Below, piece by piece: positions 48,207 to 58,692 of a stretch of DNA of 64,000 bases; position 1 is the stretch's first letter; every line of letters begins with the position of its first letter. The stretch is from Promineifilum sp. (lineage in GTDB: Bacteria; Chloroflexota; Anaerolineae; Promineifilales; Promineifilaceae), in NCBI GenBank assembly GCA_035446145.1, contig DAOMSB010000005.1, positions 13,879-77,878 on the forward strand, read 5' to 3'. A program made the translations under genes and the position numbers. Under the pieces are notes generated by a model that worked only from the letters and a program-made list of their open reading frames with translations, was not told the DNA's origin and made no database searches.

Positions 48207-51200
48207 ATGGGTTTTAAAGAGGTCAACAACAAGGTCGACTTTGTAGCCTTGGAGCGGGACATCCTGGAATTTTGGCGGCAGACAGACGCATTTAATGAGC
48301 TGCGTCGCTTGCGGGCACAGAGTGAAGCCGAAAACGGCATCTTCAGTTTCATCGACGGGCCGATCACGGCCAATAATCCGATGGGCGTTCACCATGCCTG
48401 GGGGCGGACCTACAAGGACCTTTACCAGCGTTACTATGCCATGCAGGGCAAGAATTTGCGCTGGCAAAACGGGTTCGATTGTCAGGGGCTATGGGTGGAG
48501 GTCAACGCCGAGAAAGAGTTGGGTTTCACCAGCAAGCGCGACATCGAAAAGTATGGCCTGGCGAATTTCGTGAAATATTGCAAGTCGCGCGTGCTCCGCT
48601 ATGCGGCCGTGCAGACGGAGCAATCCCGGCGTCTCGGCTACTGGATGGATTGGAACGATCCCGACGTGTTGCGGCGCCTGGGTGAACTACTGAACGAAGA
48701 TCCCGGTCAGGTAATCACGCTCGATGGACCACAAGGGCCTGTGACCGATACGGTCGAGCAGCTGGTTGGGCAATTGGGTCTGCCTGAATTGGGTGGCTCC
48801 TACTTCACATTCAGCAATGAGAATAATTACCAGATCTGGGGCTTCCTGAAGAAATGCCATGAGCATGGCTGGGTGTATAAGGGGGAGGATGTGATGCCGT
48901 GGTGCCCCCGATGCGGCACGGCGATCAGCCAGCACGAGATCGTCACCGACGGCTATTTCGAGGTGACCCACGACTCGGTCTTTGTCCGTTTCCCGCTCGT
49001 GGGCCGCGAGAATGAGGCCTTGCTGGTCTGGACGACAACCCCCTGGACGTTGTCGAGCAACGTCGCCGCGGCCGTTGGGCCTGACCTGGATTACGTGAAG
49101 GTGAGAGCCGAGGATGGCTGGACGTACTATTTGGCTGAAGGGGCGATGAAGAACACTCTGTTGGGCAAGGGTAACGAGGTGATCGGTCGCATGAAGGGCG
49201 AAGATCTCGTTGGTTGGGAGTACGTCGGGCCATTCGACGACTTGCCCAGGGTTCAGGCCGCTTTCGCCGAAGCGGGCTATACCCACCGCGTCGTCCCGTG
49301 GCGCGAGGTGGGGGCCGAAGAAGGCACCGGCATCGTCCACATCGCGCCGGGCTGTGGCGCTGAAGACTACATGCTGAGCAAGGAGCACAACCTTCCCGTC
49401 ATCGCGCCATTGGACGAAAACGGGATCTATGTGGCCGAATTTGGCTGGCTGAGCGGTCGGGAAGTGGCCGGTGTGGCTGAGGATATTTTCACCCAACTGC
49501 GCGAGACCGGGTTCTTCTATCGCAAGCAGCGATACGCCCATCGATACCCCCATTGCTGGCGCTGCGGGTCCGAGCTGGTCTATCGCCTCGTCGATGAATG
49601 GTTCATCAGCATGGGACAGAGCTATGACAAACCACGCGCTGAACTGACTGCGGCCGAAAAGAGCGGCAGTCTGCGCTATCAGATCATGGATCGAGTAGAC
49701 CGGATCGATTGGTTTCCATCCTTCGGATACGACCGGGAGATGGACTGGTTGCGTAATATGCACGACTGGATGATCAGCAAGAAGCGCTATTATGGCCTGG
49801 CGCTTCCGATCTGGGAGTGCGATGAATGTGGCCACTTCACGGTGATCGGCGACGAGCATGAGTTGCGCGAGCGCGCCATTGAAGGTTGGAGTGAATTTGA
49901 GGGCCACACCCCGCATCGACCCTACATCGATGCCATCAAGATCGCCTGCCCGGAATGCGGGGCCAAGGCGAGCCGCATCGCCGATGTGGGCAACCCTTGG
50001 CTTGACGCGGGCATCGTTGCTTTCAGCACGCTGGGCTATCGGCAAAATCGGGCGTATTGGGACAAGTGGTACCCGGCAGACCTGATCACCGAGAGCTTCC
50101 CCGGCCAATTCCGGAACTGGTTCTATAGTGTGCTGGCCCAGAGCACGGTGATGACCGAACAGCCGCCTTTCCGCAATCTGTTCGGTTATGCCACACTCTT
50201 TGCCGAAGACGGCCGCGAGATGCACAAGTCCTGGGGCAACTCCATCGAGTTCAACGAGGCGGCCGAGCGAATGGGCGCCGATACCATGCGCTGGCTCTAT
50301 GCCGGGTGCAAGCCGGAGCAAAACCTGCTGTTCGGTTATACGCGCGGCGACGAGACGCGGCGGCGATTCCTGATCCCGTTGTGGAATGTCTATTCGTTTT
50401 TTGTCACCTATGCCAACCTGGACGGCTGGCTGCCCAACGGCTCGCATCGCGATTTTCGCTCACCCGTCGAGGGGAACGCCCAGCTTGACCAATGGATCGT
50501 CGCCAGACTGGACGAAACCACGGTTGATGTGCGTGCCGCTCTCGATCGTTGGGACGCCGAGCGAGCGGTCGCGGATCTTGAGATGCTGCTCGATGATCTG
50601 TCGAACTGGTATGTGCGCCGTTCCCGCCGCCGGTTCTGGAAGAGCGAAACCGATCAGGATAAGCAAGCGGCCTATGCGACTCTTTATCACGTGCTGGTTG
50701 AGTTCGTGAAGCTGTTGGCTCCGTTCATCCCCTTCGTCACCGAGGAGATGTATCAGAACCTTGTTTGTTCCGTGGACGACAGCCGGCCGGCGAGCGTCCA
50801 TCACACGCTGTATCCGCAAGTCGATGAGCGCGCGCTCGATCATCGCTTGCTGGACAAGATGCGCCTGGCGATTACCGCTGCCGCACTGGGACGTTCGGCA
50901 CGCGGGACGGCGGGCAAACTGCGCCAACCCCTGGCGCGGGCCAAGGTGTTCGTCGGCTCGCAGCAAGAGCGTGATGATTTGCTGGAGTTGGCCGACGTGC
51001 TGGCGGAAGAGATCAACGTCAAGGAGATCGAGATCGTCTCGGAGGTCGGCGAATTGGTCAGCTATCGCCTGCTGCCCAACAATCGTGTGCTTGGCCCGAA
51101 ACTTGGGCCGCTATTCCCTGAAGTGCGCAACGCGCTGGCGGCACTGGATCCGGCTGTCGCGGCCGCTACTTTGCAATCCGGCGGCACGCTCGATCTGACT

Positions 51201-51593
51201 ATCAATGATCAGACCCTCAGTCTGGGCGGTGACGACATTTTGGTGCAAACGGAACCGCTGGGCGGGCTTGCCGTCGCCGGCGAGAAGGGAGTGACGGTGG
51301 CTGTCGATCCACACCTGACGCCGGCATTGATTCGCGAGGGATACGCCCGCGATCTCGTCCGCGGCATCAATGATATGCGCAAAAAGGCGGGACTGGATAT
51401 TTCCGACCGGATCGAACTGGGTTATGAGGCCGAGGGCGAGGTCGCTGCGGCCATCAAGGATTTCGCCGCCTATATCGGCGAGGAGACGTTGGCCGTCGGC
51501 CTGGTATCGGGTGGGGTGAAGGATCCTGCCTATAATCAGTCCATAGAGGTCGGTGACGAACAGGTTCGTATCACGTTGCGCAAGGCAAACTAA
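48207..51593 (+). CDS. ileS: Isoleucine--tRNA ligase, type 2-like
   Basis: DGPITANNPMGVHH, GFDCQGL, WTTTPWTL, GTGIVHIAP, EMHKSWGN, NWYVRRSRRRFW, EG.ARDLVR.I..MRK..GL.ISDRI C-terminus; Ile T-box upstream. Confidence 0.93.
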   Translation: MGFKEVNNKVDFVALERDILEFWRQTDAFNELRRLRAQSEAENGIFSFIDGPITANNPMGVHHAWGRTYKDLYQRYYAMQGKNLRWQNGFDCQGLWVEVNAEKELGFTSKRDIEKYGLANFVKYCKSRVLRYAAVQTEQSRRLGYWMDWNDPDVLRRLGELLNEDPGQVITLDGPQGPVTDTVEQLVGQLGLPELGGSYFTFSNENNYQIWGFLKKCHEHGWVYKGEDVMPWCPRCGTAISQHEIVTDGYFEVTHDSVFVRFPLVGRENEALLVWTTTPWTLSSNVAAAVGPDLDYVKVRAEDGWTYYLAEGAMKNTLLGKGNEVIGRMKGEDLVGWEYVGPFDDLPRVQAAFAEAGYTHRVVPWREVGAEEGTGIVHIAPGCGAEDYMLSKEHNLPVIAPLDENGIYVAEFGWLSGREVAGVAEDIFTQLRETGFFYRKQRYAHRYPHCWRCGSELVYRLVDEWFISMGQSYDKPRAELTAAEKSGSLRYQIMDRVDRIDWFPSFGYDREMDWLRNMHDWMISKKRYYGLALPIWECDECGHFTVIGDEHELRERAIEGWSEFEGHTPHRPYIDAIKIACPECGAKASRIADVGNPWLDAGIVAFSTLGYRQNRAYWDKWYPADLITESFPGQFRNWFYSVLAQSTVMTEQPPFRNLFGYATLFAEDGREMHKSWGNSIEFNEAAERMGADTMRWLYAGCKPEQNLLFGYTRGDETRRRFLIPLWNVYSFFVTYANLDGWLPNGSHRDFRSPVEGNAQLDQWIVARLDETTVDVRAALDRWDAERAVADLEMLLDDLSNWYVRRSRRRFWKSETDQDKQAAYATLYHVLVEFVKLLAPFIPFVTEEMYQNLVCSVDDSRPASVHHTLYPQVDERALDHRLLDKMRLAITAAALGRSARGTAGKLRQPLARAKVFVGSQQERDDLLELADVLAEEINVKEIEIVSEVGELVSYRLLPNNRVLGPKLGPLFPEVRNALAALDPAVAAATLQSGGTLDLTINDQTLSLGGDDILVQTEPLGGLAVAGEKGVTVAVDPHLTPALIREGYARDLVRGINDMRKKAGLDISDRIELGYEAEGEVAAAIKDFAAYIGEETLAVGLVSGGVKDPAYNQSIEVGDEQVRITLRKAN

Positions 51594-51595
51594 CT

Positions 51596-51643
51596 ATATC
51601 GACGGGCGTGGAGGAGGATTCTCCGCCTCGCCCGTCGATATTT
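51596..51643 (+). terminator. Terminator-like hairpin after ileS
   Basis: ATATCGACGGGCG/CGCCCGTCGATAT 13-bp stem followed by TT. Confidence 0.65.
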
Positions 51644-51715
51644 GATCCACCTGTCGCTGCCCGCTCCATTAAGCCATGTGCCTTTTCGGGTTGGGCTTGC
51701 TATTATTGGCCGCAT

Positions 51716-53737
51716 ATGCGTTCCTTTCTGGTTGCTCTATTCGTAATCGTAACGTGGGTAGTGGTAGCTACCGGCGCGTGGGCGGATGATCGTTCTCCAC
51801 AAGTCGATGACCAACCCCTCATTGTTCAGCCCCCCGAGAACTGGATCGGCACGGAGATTAAGGTAACTGATCTTCCCTTGTCTCCCCAAGCGCCGGATGC
51901 AGCGCCCGCGGCCGACCAATGCTCTGCGGCCACCCCCCTGGAGCTTTCTTTCCGGAACACGGCCGATGGCAGCGGCACGTTGACCAATCTCTTCAGCCAG
52001 GAGGCCACTGATCCCGTTCTGTCCTGCATGTTCGGCGCTCCGACTAGTCCTCAGGGCTATCGCACTGCCTGGTATAAACTGGTAGCCGGCGACACAAGCA
52101 CAGTCACCATCACGACTGAAGGCACTGATTACGATACTGTGTTGGCTGTCTTCACCGGAAGCTGCGATGCCTTGCAATCATTGGCTTGCAGCGATGATTT
52201 TCGCAGCTTCCAGTCCAGCGCCACATTTCCGGTTACGCGTGGCCACACATATTACATCCAGGTAGCCGACTATCATTCCGGCGCACCGGGCGCAGCCTTT
52301 CTGCAACTATCCGCAGTCTTGCGCGAGGGAGGGGAGCGGTGGAATCAGGCGAGCACGATGCCGTTTGGGGGCATCACTCGTCACGCGCTCGTCAGCGACG
52401 GCCCCGAAATGTTTATCATTGGTGGCCAGACAAGGGTGGCCGGTGGGGCGGAAATCAGCAACAGATTCTTGCTATATAACGCGCTTGGGGATAGCTGGCG
52501 GGAGCTATCCGACATTCCCGGCCCAGGGCTATCGAATACGACGGCCGTCCGTCTGGGGCGGAAGATCTATATCCCTGGTGGTTTCAACGGCGATCAATCG
52601 AATTATGCGAATACGCACTATGTCTACGACATAGCAACTGATTACTGGGAGCAGATCGCCTCAATCCCGCAAGCCTTGTTGCCCAACGGCGAAATGTTCG
52701 CCTGGTCGGCCGCCGTGCCCGCGCCGGGTCATCTGGCTTATTATGTGACGGGCGGCATTACCAATTATCCTTCATCGGACCCGGATCCCGATCCCGATGC
52801 GGTGGTCATCAACAATGTCTACCGTTTTGTCCCCGCCACAAACCAATGGGAACCTTCCCCGCCCATGTTGGCGCCACGCTATGCGCACACGGCCGCCTGG
52901 GTGTTTGCCGGAAATCGGGGCTTGTGCGTGGCCGGCGGCCTGGATGTCGGCGAAGATGACGAGGGCGATCCGGTGACCGTCCTGCTCACGACAGGTGAGT
53001 GCTTCAACCCAACCACGGGTAGCTGGCAGCCGACCGGTGATCTGAATTTTCCGCGATATAATGCGGGCAGCGCTATTGGGCCGGATGGGAACTGGTACAT
53101 TTTCGGCGGGCTTGACGCCAACGGCGGCGTGCCCGAAACCGAATTTTATAACCCGCTCACGAACAGCTGGCAGGTTCTGGGCGGCGAATTCAGTCTCGGT
53201 GGGCTGCCGCAAAATCCGGCGCGCGTTTGGCCTCGTGGGGCCTTTTGGGGCGATCGGCTTTTTGTCTTTGGCGGCAACACGCCCCCAAGGGAATATCGAG
53301 TTATCTCGGCCGTTGAGAAAATGTCAATTGGTGCCGGATTTGCGCCGCTGGCCAAAACGATCGTCTTTCCGCTTGTTGCATCGTTGGGCGCGGAAAATTT
53401 GTTGAACAACGCCATCGGCCTGCCGCCGAATACGCCGCTCTCAGGTAATTTCTCCAGTTCAACCCAGTTTTATAACCCCTATTTCTTTGACTGGCCCGCG
53501 TTTGGCCGTGCCCGAATTGTCCTGAGCAACATCCCGGAAGATAGCAACTTCAATATCTCCGTCTATGATTCGAACAAGGTGCTGCGCGGCCGAGGGAATA
53601 CGACGCTCTACGGTGGCGAGAAGACCGTTTCCCTGACGCTGGCCCCTGGCCGTTACTATGTAGTTGCCGAGCGCATCTTCCCGAAGGACTTGCCTAATCC
53701 TGCCGTTTATTATCGCCTGACGTTGTCGCGTCAATAA
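51716..53737 (+). CDS. Secreted kelch-repeat protein with flanking beta-sandwich domains
   Basis: Signal peptide, T.GTDYDTVLAVFTG.C..L.C.DD domain, repeated IIGG/IPGG/VTGG/VAGG/IFGG/VFGG..Y....W kelch blades, PPC-like C-terminus. Confidence 0.78.
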   Translation: MRSFLVALFVIVTWVVVATGAWADDRSPQVDDQPLIVQPPENWIGTEIKVTDLPLSPQAPDAAPAADQCSAATPLELSFRNTADGSGTLTNLFSQEATDPVLSCMFGAPTSPQGYRTAWYKLVAGDTSTVTITTEGTDYDTVLAVFTGSCDALQSLACSDDFRSFQSSATFPVTRGHTYYIQVADYHSGAPGAAFLQLSAVLREGGERWNQASTMPFGGITRHALVSDGPEMFIIGGQTRVAGGAEISNRFLLYNALGDSWRELSDIPGPGLSNTTAVRLGRKIYIPGGFNGDQSNYANTHYVYDIATDYWEQIASIPQALLPNGEMFAWSAAVPAPGHLAYYVTGGITNYPSSDPDPDPDAVVINNVYRFVPATNQWEPSPPMLAPRYAHTAAWVFAGNRGLCVAGGLDVGEDDEGDPVTVLLTTGECFNPTTGSWQPTGDLNFPRYNAGSAIGPDGNWYIFGGLDANGGVPETEFYNPLTNSWQVLGGEFSLGGLPQNPARVWPRGAFWGDRLFVFGGNTPPREYRVISAVEKMSIGAGFAPLAKTIVFPLVASLGAENLLNNAIGLPPNTPLSGNFSSSTQFYNPYFFDWPAFGRARIVLSNIPEDSNFNISVYDSNKVLRGRGNTTLYGGEKTVSLTLAPGRYYVVAERIFPKDLPNPAVYYRLTLSRQ

Positions 53738-53758
53738 CATCGCTTATTTACACCGCTT

Positions 53759-55030
53759 ATGGCCGTTAAAATTCTGCATTTTGCCGACGCCCACATCGAT
53801 ATCGCGAACTACGGCCGACATGATCCTGAGACGGGGTTGCCCTATCGCGTCGTCGATTTCCTCAAATCATTAGACAGCATCATTGATGCGGCGATTGCGG
53901 AGCGCGTCGATCTGGTTATCTTTGCCGGGGATGCCTACAAGGATCGCAACCCGCAACCGACATTTCAGCGCGCGTGGGGGGAGCGGATGATGCGGCTCTC
54001 GCGGGCCGGAATCGCGACGATTTTGCTCATCGGCAATCACGATATTGCCCCGGCCGATTATCGCGCGCATACGCTGCAAGAGTTTGCCACGTTGGCCGTG
54101 CCCCACGTGTTTGTGGCCGACAAGCTGATGGTATTTGGGCCGGAGCAGCTCGGCGTACCGGTCCAGGTGTTGGCTCTGCCGTGGGTCACCCGCAGTCGAT
54201 TTCTGGCACGAAACGAGATGTCGGGGAAGACCACGGATGAGATCCATACTGCCATCGTTGACCGGATTCGCGATGGGCTGGACAAGACCATTGCGAACGA
54301 AATTGACCCCAACTTGCCGCTCATCTTCACTGCCCACGCAAGCATTGGCGGCGCAACCTTTGGCAGCGAGCGGATGGTGATGCTGGGGCAGGACTTGATT
54401 TTGAGCAAAGGTCTGGTCGCCAACCCTCGCTTCGATTATGTTGCATTGGGTCATATTCATAAACACCAGTCGCTCAATGAACAGCCCCCGGTGGTCTATT
54501 CCGGCTCGATTGAACGGATCGACTTTGGCGAATGGCGCGAGCCCAAGGGGTTTGTTCTGGCTGAGGTGGAGCGAGGCAAACCTACCTCATGGCGTTTCGT
54601 CGAACTTGAGACACGGCCTTTCTACGACAAGCTCATCCGGCTCGAAGAGGCCGACGGCTTCATGGACCAACTGATGAGCAAATTGCCGGCCCAGGAACAA
54701 ATCGAGGGTGCCATTTGTCGCTTGCGACTCGAATACCCGCACGAACTCGACGCGCTGCTGGATGAAAAGCTCATTTATGAGCATTTCGCCGGCGCGTTTG
54801 ATCTGCGTATCGTCAAGAATCGCACCGGCGGCAACACCTCCAGAATCAGCCGGCTGATTGCCGTTGAGTCCCTTGGGCCGTATGAGTTGTTGCGGCTGTA
54901 TTGGGGCAGCAAGAACCACAATGATGGTGAGGTTAATGAGCTCCTGACGCTGGCCGAAGAGGTACTCGGCATCCACGCGCCAACCGCCGGCGCCCTGGCG
55001 GAGCTTAACCTGGACGATATTTCCCAATGA
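53759..55030 (+). CDS. sbcD: Exonuclease SbcCD subunit D
   Basis: HFADAH, AGDAY, GNHD, YVALGHIH, YSGSIER.DFGE. Confidence 0.93.
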   Translation: MAVKILHFADAHIDIANYGRHDPETGLPYRVVDFLKSLDSIIDAAIAERVDLVIFAGDAYKDRNPQPTFQRAWGERMMRLSRAGIATILLIGNHDIAPADYRAHTLQEFATLAVPHVFVADKLMVFGPEQLGVPVQVLALPWVTRSRFLARNEMSGKTTDEIHTAIVDRIRDGLDKTIANEIDPNLPLIFTAHASIGGATFGSERMVMLGQDLILSKGLVANPRFDYVALGHIHKHQSLNEQPPVVYSGSIERIDFGEWREPKGFVLAEVERGKPTSWRFVELETRPFYDKLIRLEEADGFMDQLMSKLPAQEQIEGAICRLRLEYPHELDALLDEKLIYEHFAGAFDLRIVKNRTGGNTSRISRLIAVESLGPYELLRLYWGSKNHNDGEVNELLTLAEEVLGIHAPTAGALAELNLDDISQ

Positions 55031-58023
55031 TTCCCGTTCAACTTGGCCTGCGCAACTTTCTCTCGTATCGTGATCCGGTTGAACTGGATCTCAGCGGCAT
55101 TCACCTGGCCTGCATCTCCGGCTCCAACGGCGCGGGCAAGAGCACGCTGCTCGATGCCATCACCTGGGTATTGTTCGGCAAGAGCCGCGTCAAGAGCGAT
55201 GATGATCTGATCACGCGTACCGAAGTCGCCAAAGGGGGCATCGCCGAGGTGAGCTTTGTCTTCGAGCTTGAGGGCGCGATCTACCGGATCATTCGGCGCA
55301 AGGCGGCGGGGAAGTCGGTTGAGCTTGAGTTTCATGCACGGGCTACCAATGACGCGGCCGAGCGCTGGCAAGTGCGCACCGAGGCCAAGGTCCGGGAGAC
55401 GCAGGCTGAGATCGAGAAGCTCCTGCGAATGAACTACGACGTCTTCACCAACGCCAGCTTTTTGCTGCAGGGCAAGGCGGATGAGTTCACCACCAAGACG
55501 CCCGACAAACGCAAGGAAATCCTGGCTGAAATCCTTGGCGTGAGCCAGTGGGACGATTACAAGGATCGGGCGACCGAACGAAGAAAGGCTACGGAGAACG
55601 ACGCCGGGTCGATTGAGCGACAACTGGCCGAGGTCGAGGCCGAGCTGGCCCAGGAAGAAAGTCTGGCTCAGGCGCTGGAGCTGGTTGAGGCAAGAGCAAA
55701 AACGACCACGGCCGAGCGAGATCGACATGAGGCACTGGTCGCTTCGGCGCGACAAAACAAGGCCATGGCCGACCAGCAACGGGAATTGCTGCGCCGGCTC
55801 GCCGCTGAGCTGGGCGATTTGCAGCGGGAAAGAGCGCGACTCGATGGAATAGCTGTTCAGCGTCGGGCCGAGCTTGCCGGCTTCCAGGCGATACTTGAAC
55901 GACGCGAGGGAATTGAGAGCGCTTACCGGGAATGGACAACGGCCGACGCCGGCTATGCGACCCTTCAGGAACGGGCTGAGACGCACGCGGCTATCGTGCG
56001 CCAAATGCACCCGATTGAAATGGTAATTGCTCGCGCCGAAACGCAACTGGAGCAACGCGTCAAGGAATTGGAGGGGCAGGAAGAGCAAGCGGCGAGGGCG
56101 GCCGCGGGTGCTGTTGATCTGACTGCGAACCTGGCTCAACTTGAGGCTCAGTTAACCGGATTGCAGACCCAACATACCGAGTTTGCCGAGCAGGAGCGGA
56201 TCTGGCAAGAGGCCCAAAATCAACTTCAGGAGATTGACCTGACTCGCCGTTTATGGGAGCAAGAGCGCGTTCAGTTGGATGCACGTGCCGGGGAGATCGA
56301 TGCGTACAGGCAGCAACGCGATCAATTTGAAGCCAGTCGTTCGGCCGCGGCCGAACAGTTGACCATGCTCACGAACACACTGACGGATCTGGCGACGAAG
56401 CGGGAGCAGCTGGCAGGGATAGCCGTCGAGAGGTCGAGGATTGAGACGGAGCAAAAGGGTCTCAGAGCTGAGATGGATGAAGTGAAAGCCACGATGGCGG
56501 CGTTGGGGTCCGAGACCGATTGCCCACTCTGCGGGCAGCCGATGACTGACGATCATCGGCACACCGTGCTCGCGAAATTAAACACAGATGGTATCGCGTT
56601 TGGCGACCAATTCCGGCGCAATAAGGCGGCTCTTGAACGGATGGCACAGGAAGAGGTCGAATTGAAGGAGGCCTTGAAGCAGCAGACGAAGCTGGAAAAA
56701 GATCGCGATGCCCAACAAGCGGCAGCCACCCGGTATGAGACCCGTTTGCACGACATCGACAAGCACCTCCGGGCCTGGCAAGACGGCAACGAGGCGGCCA
56801 GAATCGAAGAGCTTAATCGGTGGTTGTCGGACCATGGCGAGAAGAATGAGTTGACGGCGCGGGTTGAGGCCACAAAACTTGCGGCCCAGGAATCGCGTCG
56901 CCTCGATGCGGAGATCAGGCAGGTGGAAGCCTTGGTCACCAGAGACAATACCCGTAGCGAAGAGCTTCGCCGTGTGATGAAGGTCTGGGAGGAAAAGGGA
57001 CGTCCCGAGCTTGTCGATACGCAAAAAAGGGTGGCTGAGAAACGATATGCCGAAGCGGAACGCTCGACCCTGGCCGAACTTCGGGAGCACCTGGCCGGCG
57101 TCGGTCATGACTCTGCGGCCTTGGAAGCTGCGCGCGCCACCCGCGTCAGACTCACCGCCGCTCCTCATGATCACCAGGAGTTGCTCCGCGCCGAGGCGGC
57201 CATGAAGCCGCTGACGGATTCTGTGCTGGAACTGGAGCAACAACAAGGGCGCGTCGCCACCCGTCTGGAGGAGCTTCAACAACAGCGGGAACAGTCAGAT
57301 CGTGCCTTGCAGGAGCTGGAAGCAGGCGTCGGCGATTTGCCGGCGGCCGAGGCTGAATTGCTGCGGCTGCGCGAAGAGGTGGTTGTGGCTAACAGGGCAG
57401 TTGGAGCAGCTCGCCAGAAGGTTGAGGTATTGGATATTCGGCGCGAGGATCGCCGGGCGTTGACGGCGACGAAAACGGCCTTGGCGCGGCGCGTGGGTTT
57501 GTTGCGGCAACTGGAAGAGGCGTGCGGCCGCCGGGGCGTTCAGGCCATGTTGATTGACGCCGCCTTGCCGGAGATCGAAGATCGCGCCAACGAACTCCTC
57601 GATCGCCTGACTGGCGGCGATATGCGGATCAAGTTTGATACTCAGCGGGCGTCCAGGACCAAACAGGATGGCCAGATCGAGACGCTGGATATCAGGATAT
57701 CCGACGACGGAGGCGAGCGGCCCTATGAGAACTATAGCGGGGGCGAGAAGTTCCGCATCAATTTTGCCGTTCGTCTGGCCCTTTCCCGTGTTTTGGCTCA
57801 CCGGGCTGGAGCCCGTCTACAGACGCTGGTCATTGACGAAGGCTTTGGTAGCCAGGACCCCGAAGGACGGCAAAGACTGGTGGAAGCCATCAACGCCGTT
57901 CAGGATCAATTCGCCTCTATCCTGGTGATCACCCACATCGACGAACTGCGCGACAAGTTCCCGGCGCGCATCGACGTTGAAAAGACAGCCTCAGGTTCGC
58001 AGGCTACCGTGGTCGCTCTATAG
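55027..58023 (+). CDS. sbcC: SMC-family ATPase SbcC
   Basis: GSNGAGKS, long coiled coil with CPLC hook, YSGGE, IDEGFGSQD, VITH. Confidence 0.93.
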   Translation: MIPVQLGLRNFLSYRDPVELDLSGIHLACISGSNGAGKSTLLDAITWVLFGKSRVKSDDDLITRTEVAKGGIAEVSFVFELEGAIYRIIRRKAAGKSVELEFHARATNDAAERWQVRTEAKVRETQAEIEKLLRMNYDVFTNASFLLQGKADEFTTKTPDKRKEILAEILGVSQWDDYKDRATERRKATENDAGSIERQLAEVEAELAQEESLAQALELVEARAKTTTAERDRHEALVASARQNKAMADQQRELLRRLAAELGDLQRERARLDGIAVQRRAELAGFQAILERREGIESAYREWTTADAGYATLQERAETHAAIVRQMHPIEMVIARAETQLEQRVKELEGQEEQAARAAAGAVDLTANLAQLEAQLTGLQTQHTEFAEQERIWQEAQNQLQEIDLTRRLWEQERVQLDARAGEIDAYRQQRDQFEASRSAAAEQLTMLTNTLTDLATKREQLAGIAVERSRIETEQKGLRAEMDEVKATMAALGSETDCPLCGQPMTDDHRHTVLAKLNTDGIAFGDQFRRNKAALERMAQEEVELKEALKQQTKLEKDRDAQQAAATRYETRLHDIDKHLRAWQDGNEAARIEELNRWLSDHGEKNELTARVEATKLAAQESRRLDAEIRQVEALVTRDNTRSEELRRVMKVWEEKGRPELVDTQKRVAEKRYAEAERSTLAELREHLAGVGHDSAALEAARATRVRLTAAPHDHQELLRAEAAMKPLTDSVLELEQQQGRVATRLEELQQQREQSDRALQELEAGVGDLPAAEAELLRLREEVVVANRAVGAARQKVEVLDIRREDRRALTATKTALARRVGLLRQLEEACGRRGVQAMLIDAALPEIEDRANELLDRLTGGDMRIKFDTQRASRTKQDGQIETLDIRISDDGGERPYENYSGGEKFRINFAVRLALSRVLAHRAGARLQTLVIDEGFGSQDPEGRQRLVEAINAVQDQFASILVITHIDELRDKFPARIDVEKTASGSQATVVAL

Positions 58024-58030
58024 AATTGAA

Positions 58031-58648
58031 TTAAGTGTAGAGATAGCCGGTCGCTCGCAGGCCGAATTGCACCATGTCGCCGACGGCCTGTTGTCCCTCG
58101 CGTTCGGTGCCGGCCGCGGTGAGCAGGTGATAGATGATCTCGTCAAATCCGCCGACCAATGCCTCGGCGGTTCGACGTACATTTTGCGGCTCAATTTTCT
58201 TTTGCTCCAGCGCGGCCATGAGGGGGCGCTGCCAGACGCGGATCAGCTTCTCGCGGTATTCGGCCCGGCGCTCGGCCAGCGAAGGCACCGATCCCACGCC
58301 CCCAACGAGCAACAACTGGACTACCGCCGGCTCATAGAAAGCGACGTTGATGTAGGCTTGAATGGCCGCCTCAAGCTGCGCCGGGAGCGAAGGGCGACTG
58401 TTTATCGCTTGTTCGATGGCCTGGAGCAAAAAGGCGGCCGTCTCCTCAAAAAGATGGACAAACAGGGTTTCCTTGTCGGGGAAGTAGAAGTAGAACGTCC
58501 CGATGGCGACGTCGGCCTCATTGACGATGTCGCGCACGGTGGCCGCGTGGTATCCTTTATCGGCGAACACGCGCACGGCGGCCTGCATCATTGCCGTTCG
58601 CTTGGCGTCCTTCTTGAGGCGGGTCTTTTCTGTGCTGCGATAGGGCAT
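58031..58648 (-). CDS. TetR/AcrR family regulator
   Basis: F..KGYHAATVRDIV..A.VAIGTFYFYF.DKE. Confidence 0.92.
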   Translation of the reverse strand: MPYRSTEKTRLKKDAKRTAMMQAAVRVFADKGYHAATVRDIVNEADVAIGTFYFYFPDKETLFVHLFEETAAFLLQAIEQAINSRPSLPAQLEAAIQAYINVAFYEPAVVQLLLVGGVGSVPSLAERRAEYREKLIRVWQRPLMAALEQKKIEPQNVRRTAEALVGGFDEIIYHLLTAAGTEREGQQAVGDMVQFGLRATGYLYT

Positions 58649-58692
58649 AATATCCTTCATCTATCATACTTAAATGTCAATGGAGTCGCAAT

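Noticed and set aside
48687-50447. 586-aa minus-strand ORF
   Set aside because: Antisense shadow of ileS with no recognisable motifs
54775-56139. 454-aa minus-strand ORF
   Set aside because: Antisense shadow of sbcD/sbcC
53759-58023. SMC ATPase plus nuclease as a defence system (Wadjet/Lamassu-like)
   Set aside because: Motifs and gene order match housekeeping SbcCD; no accessory defence genes
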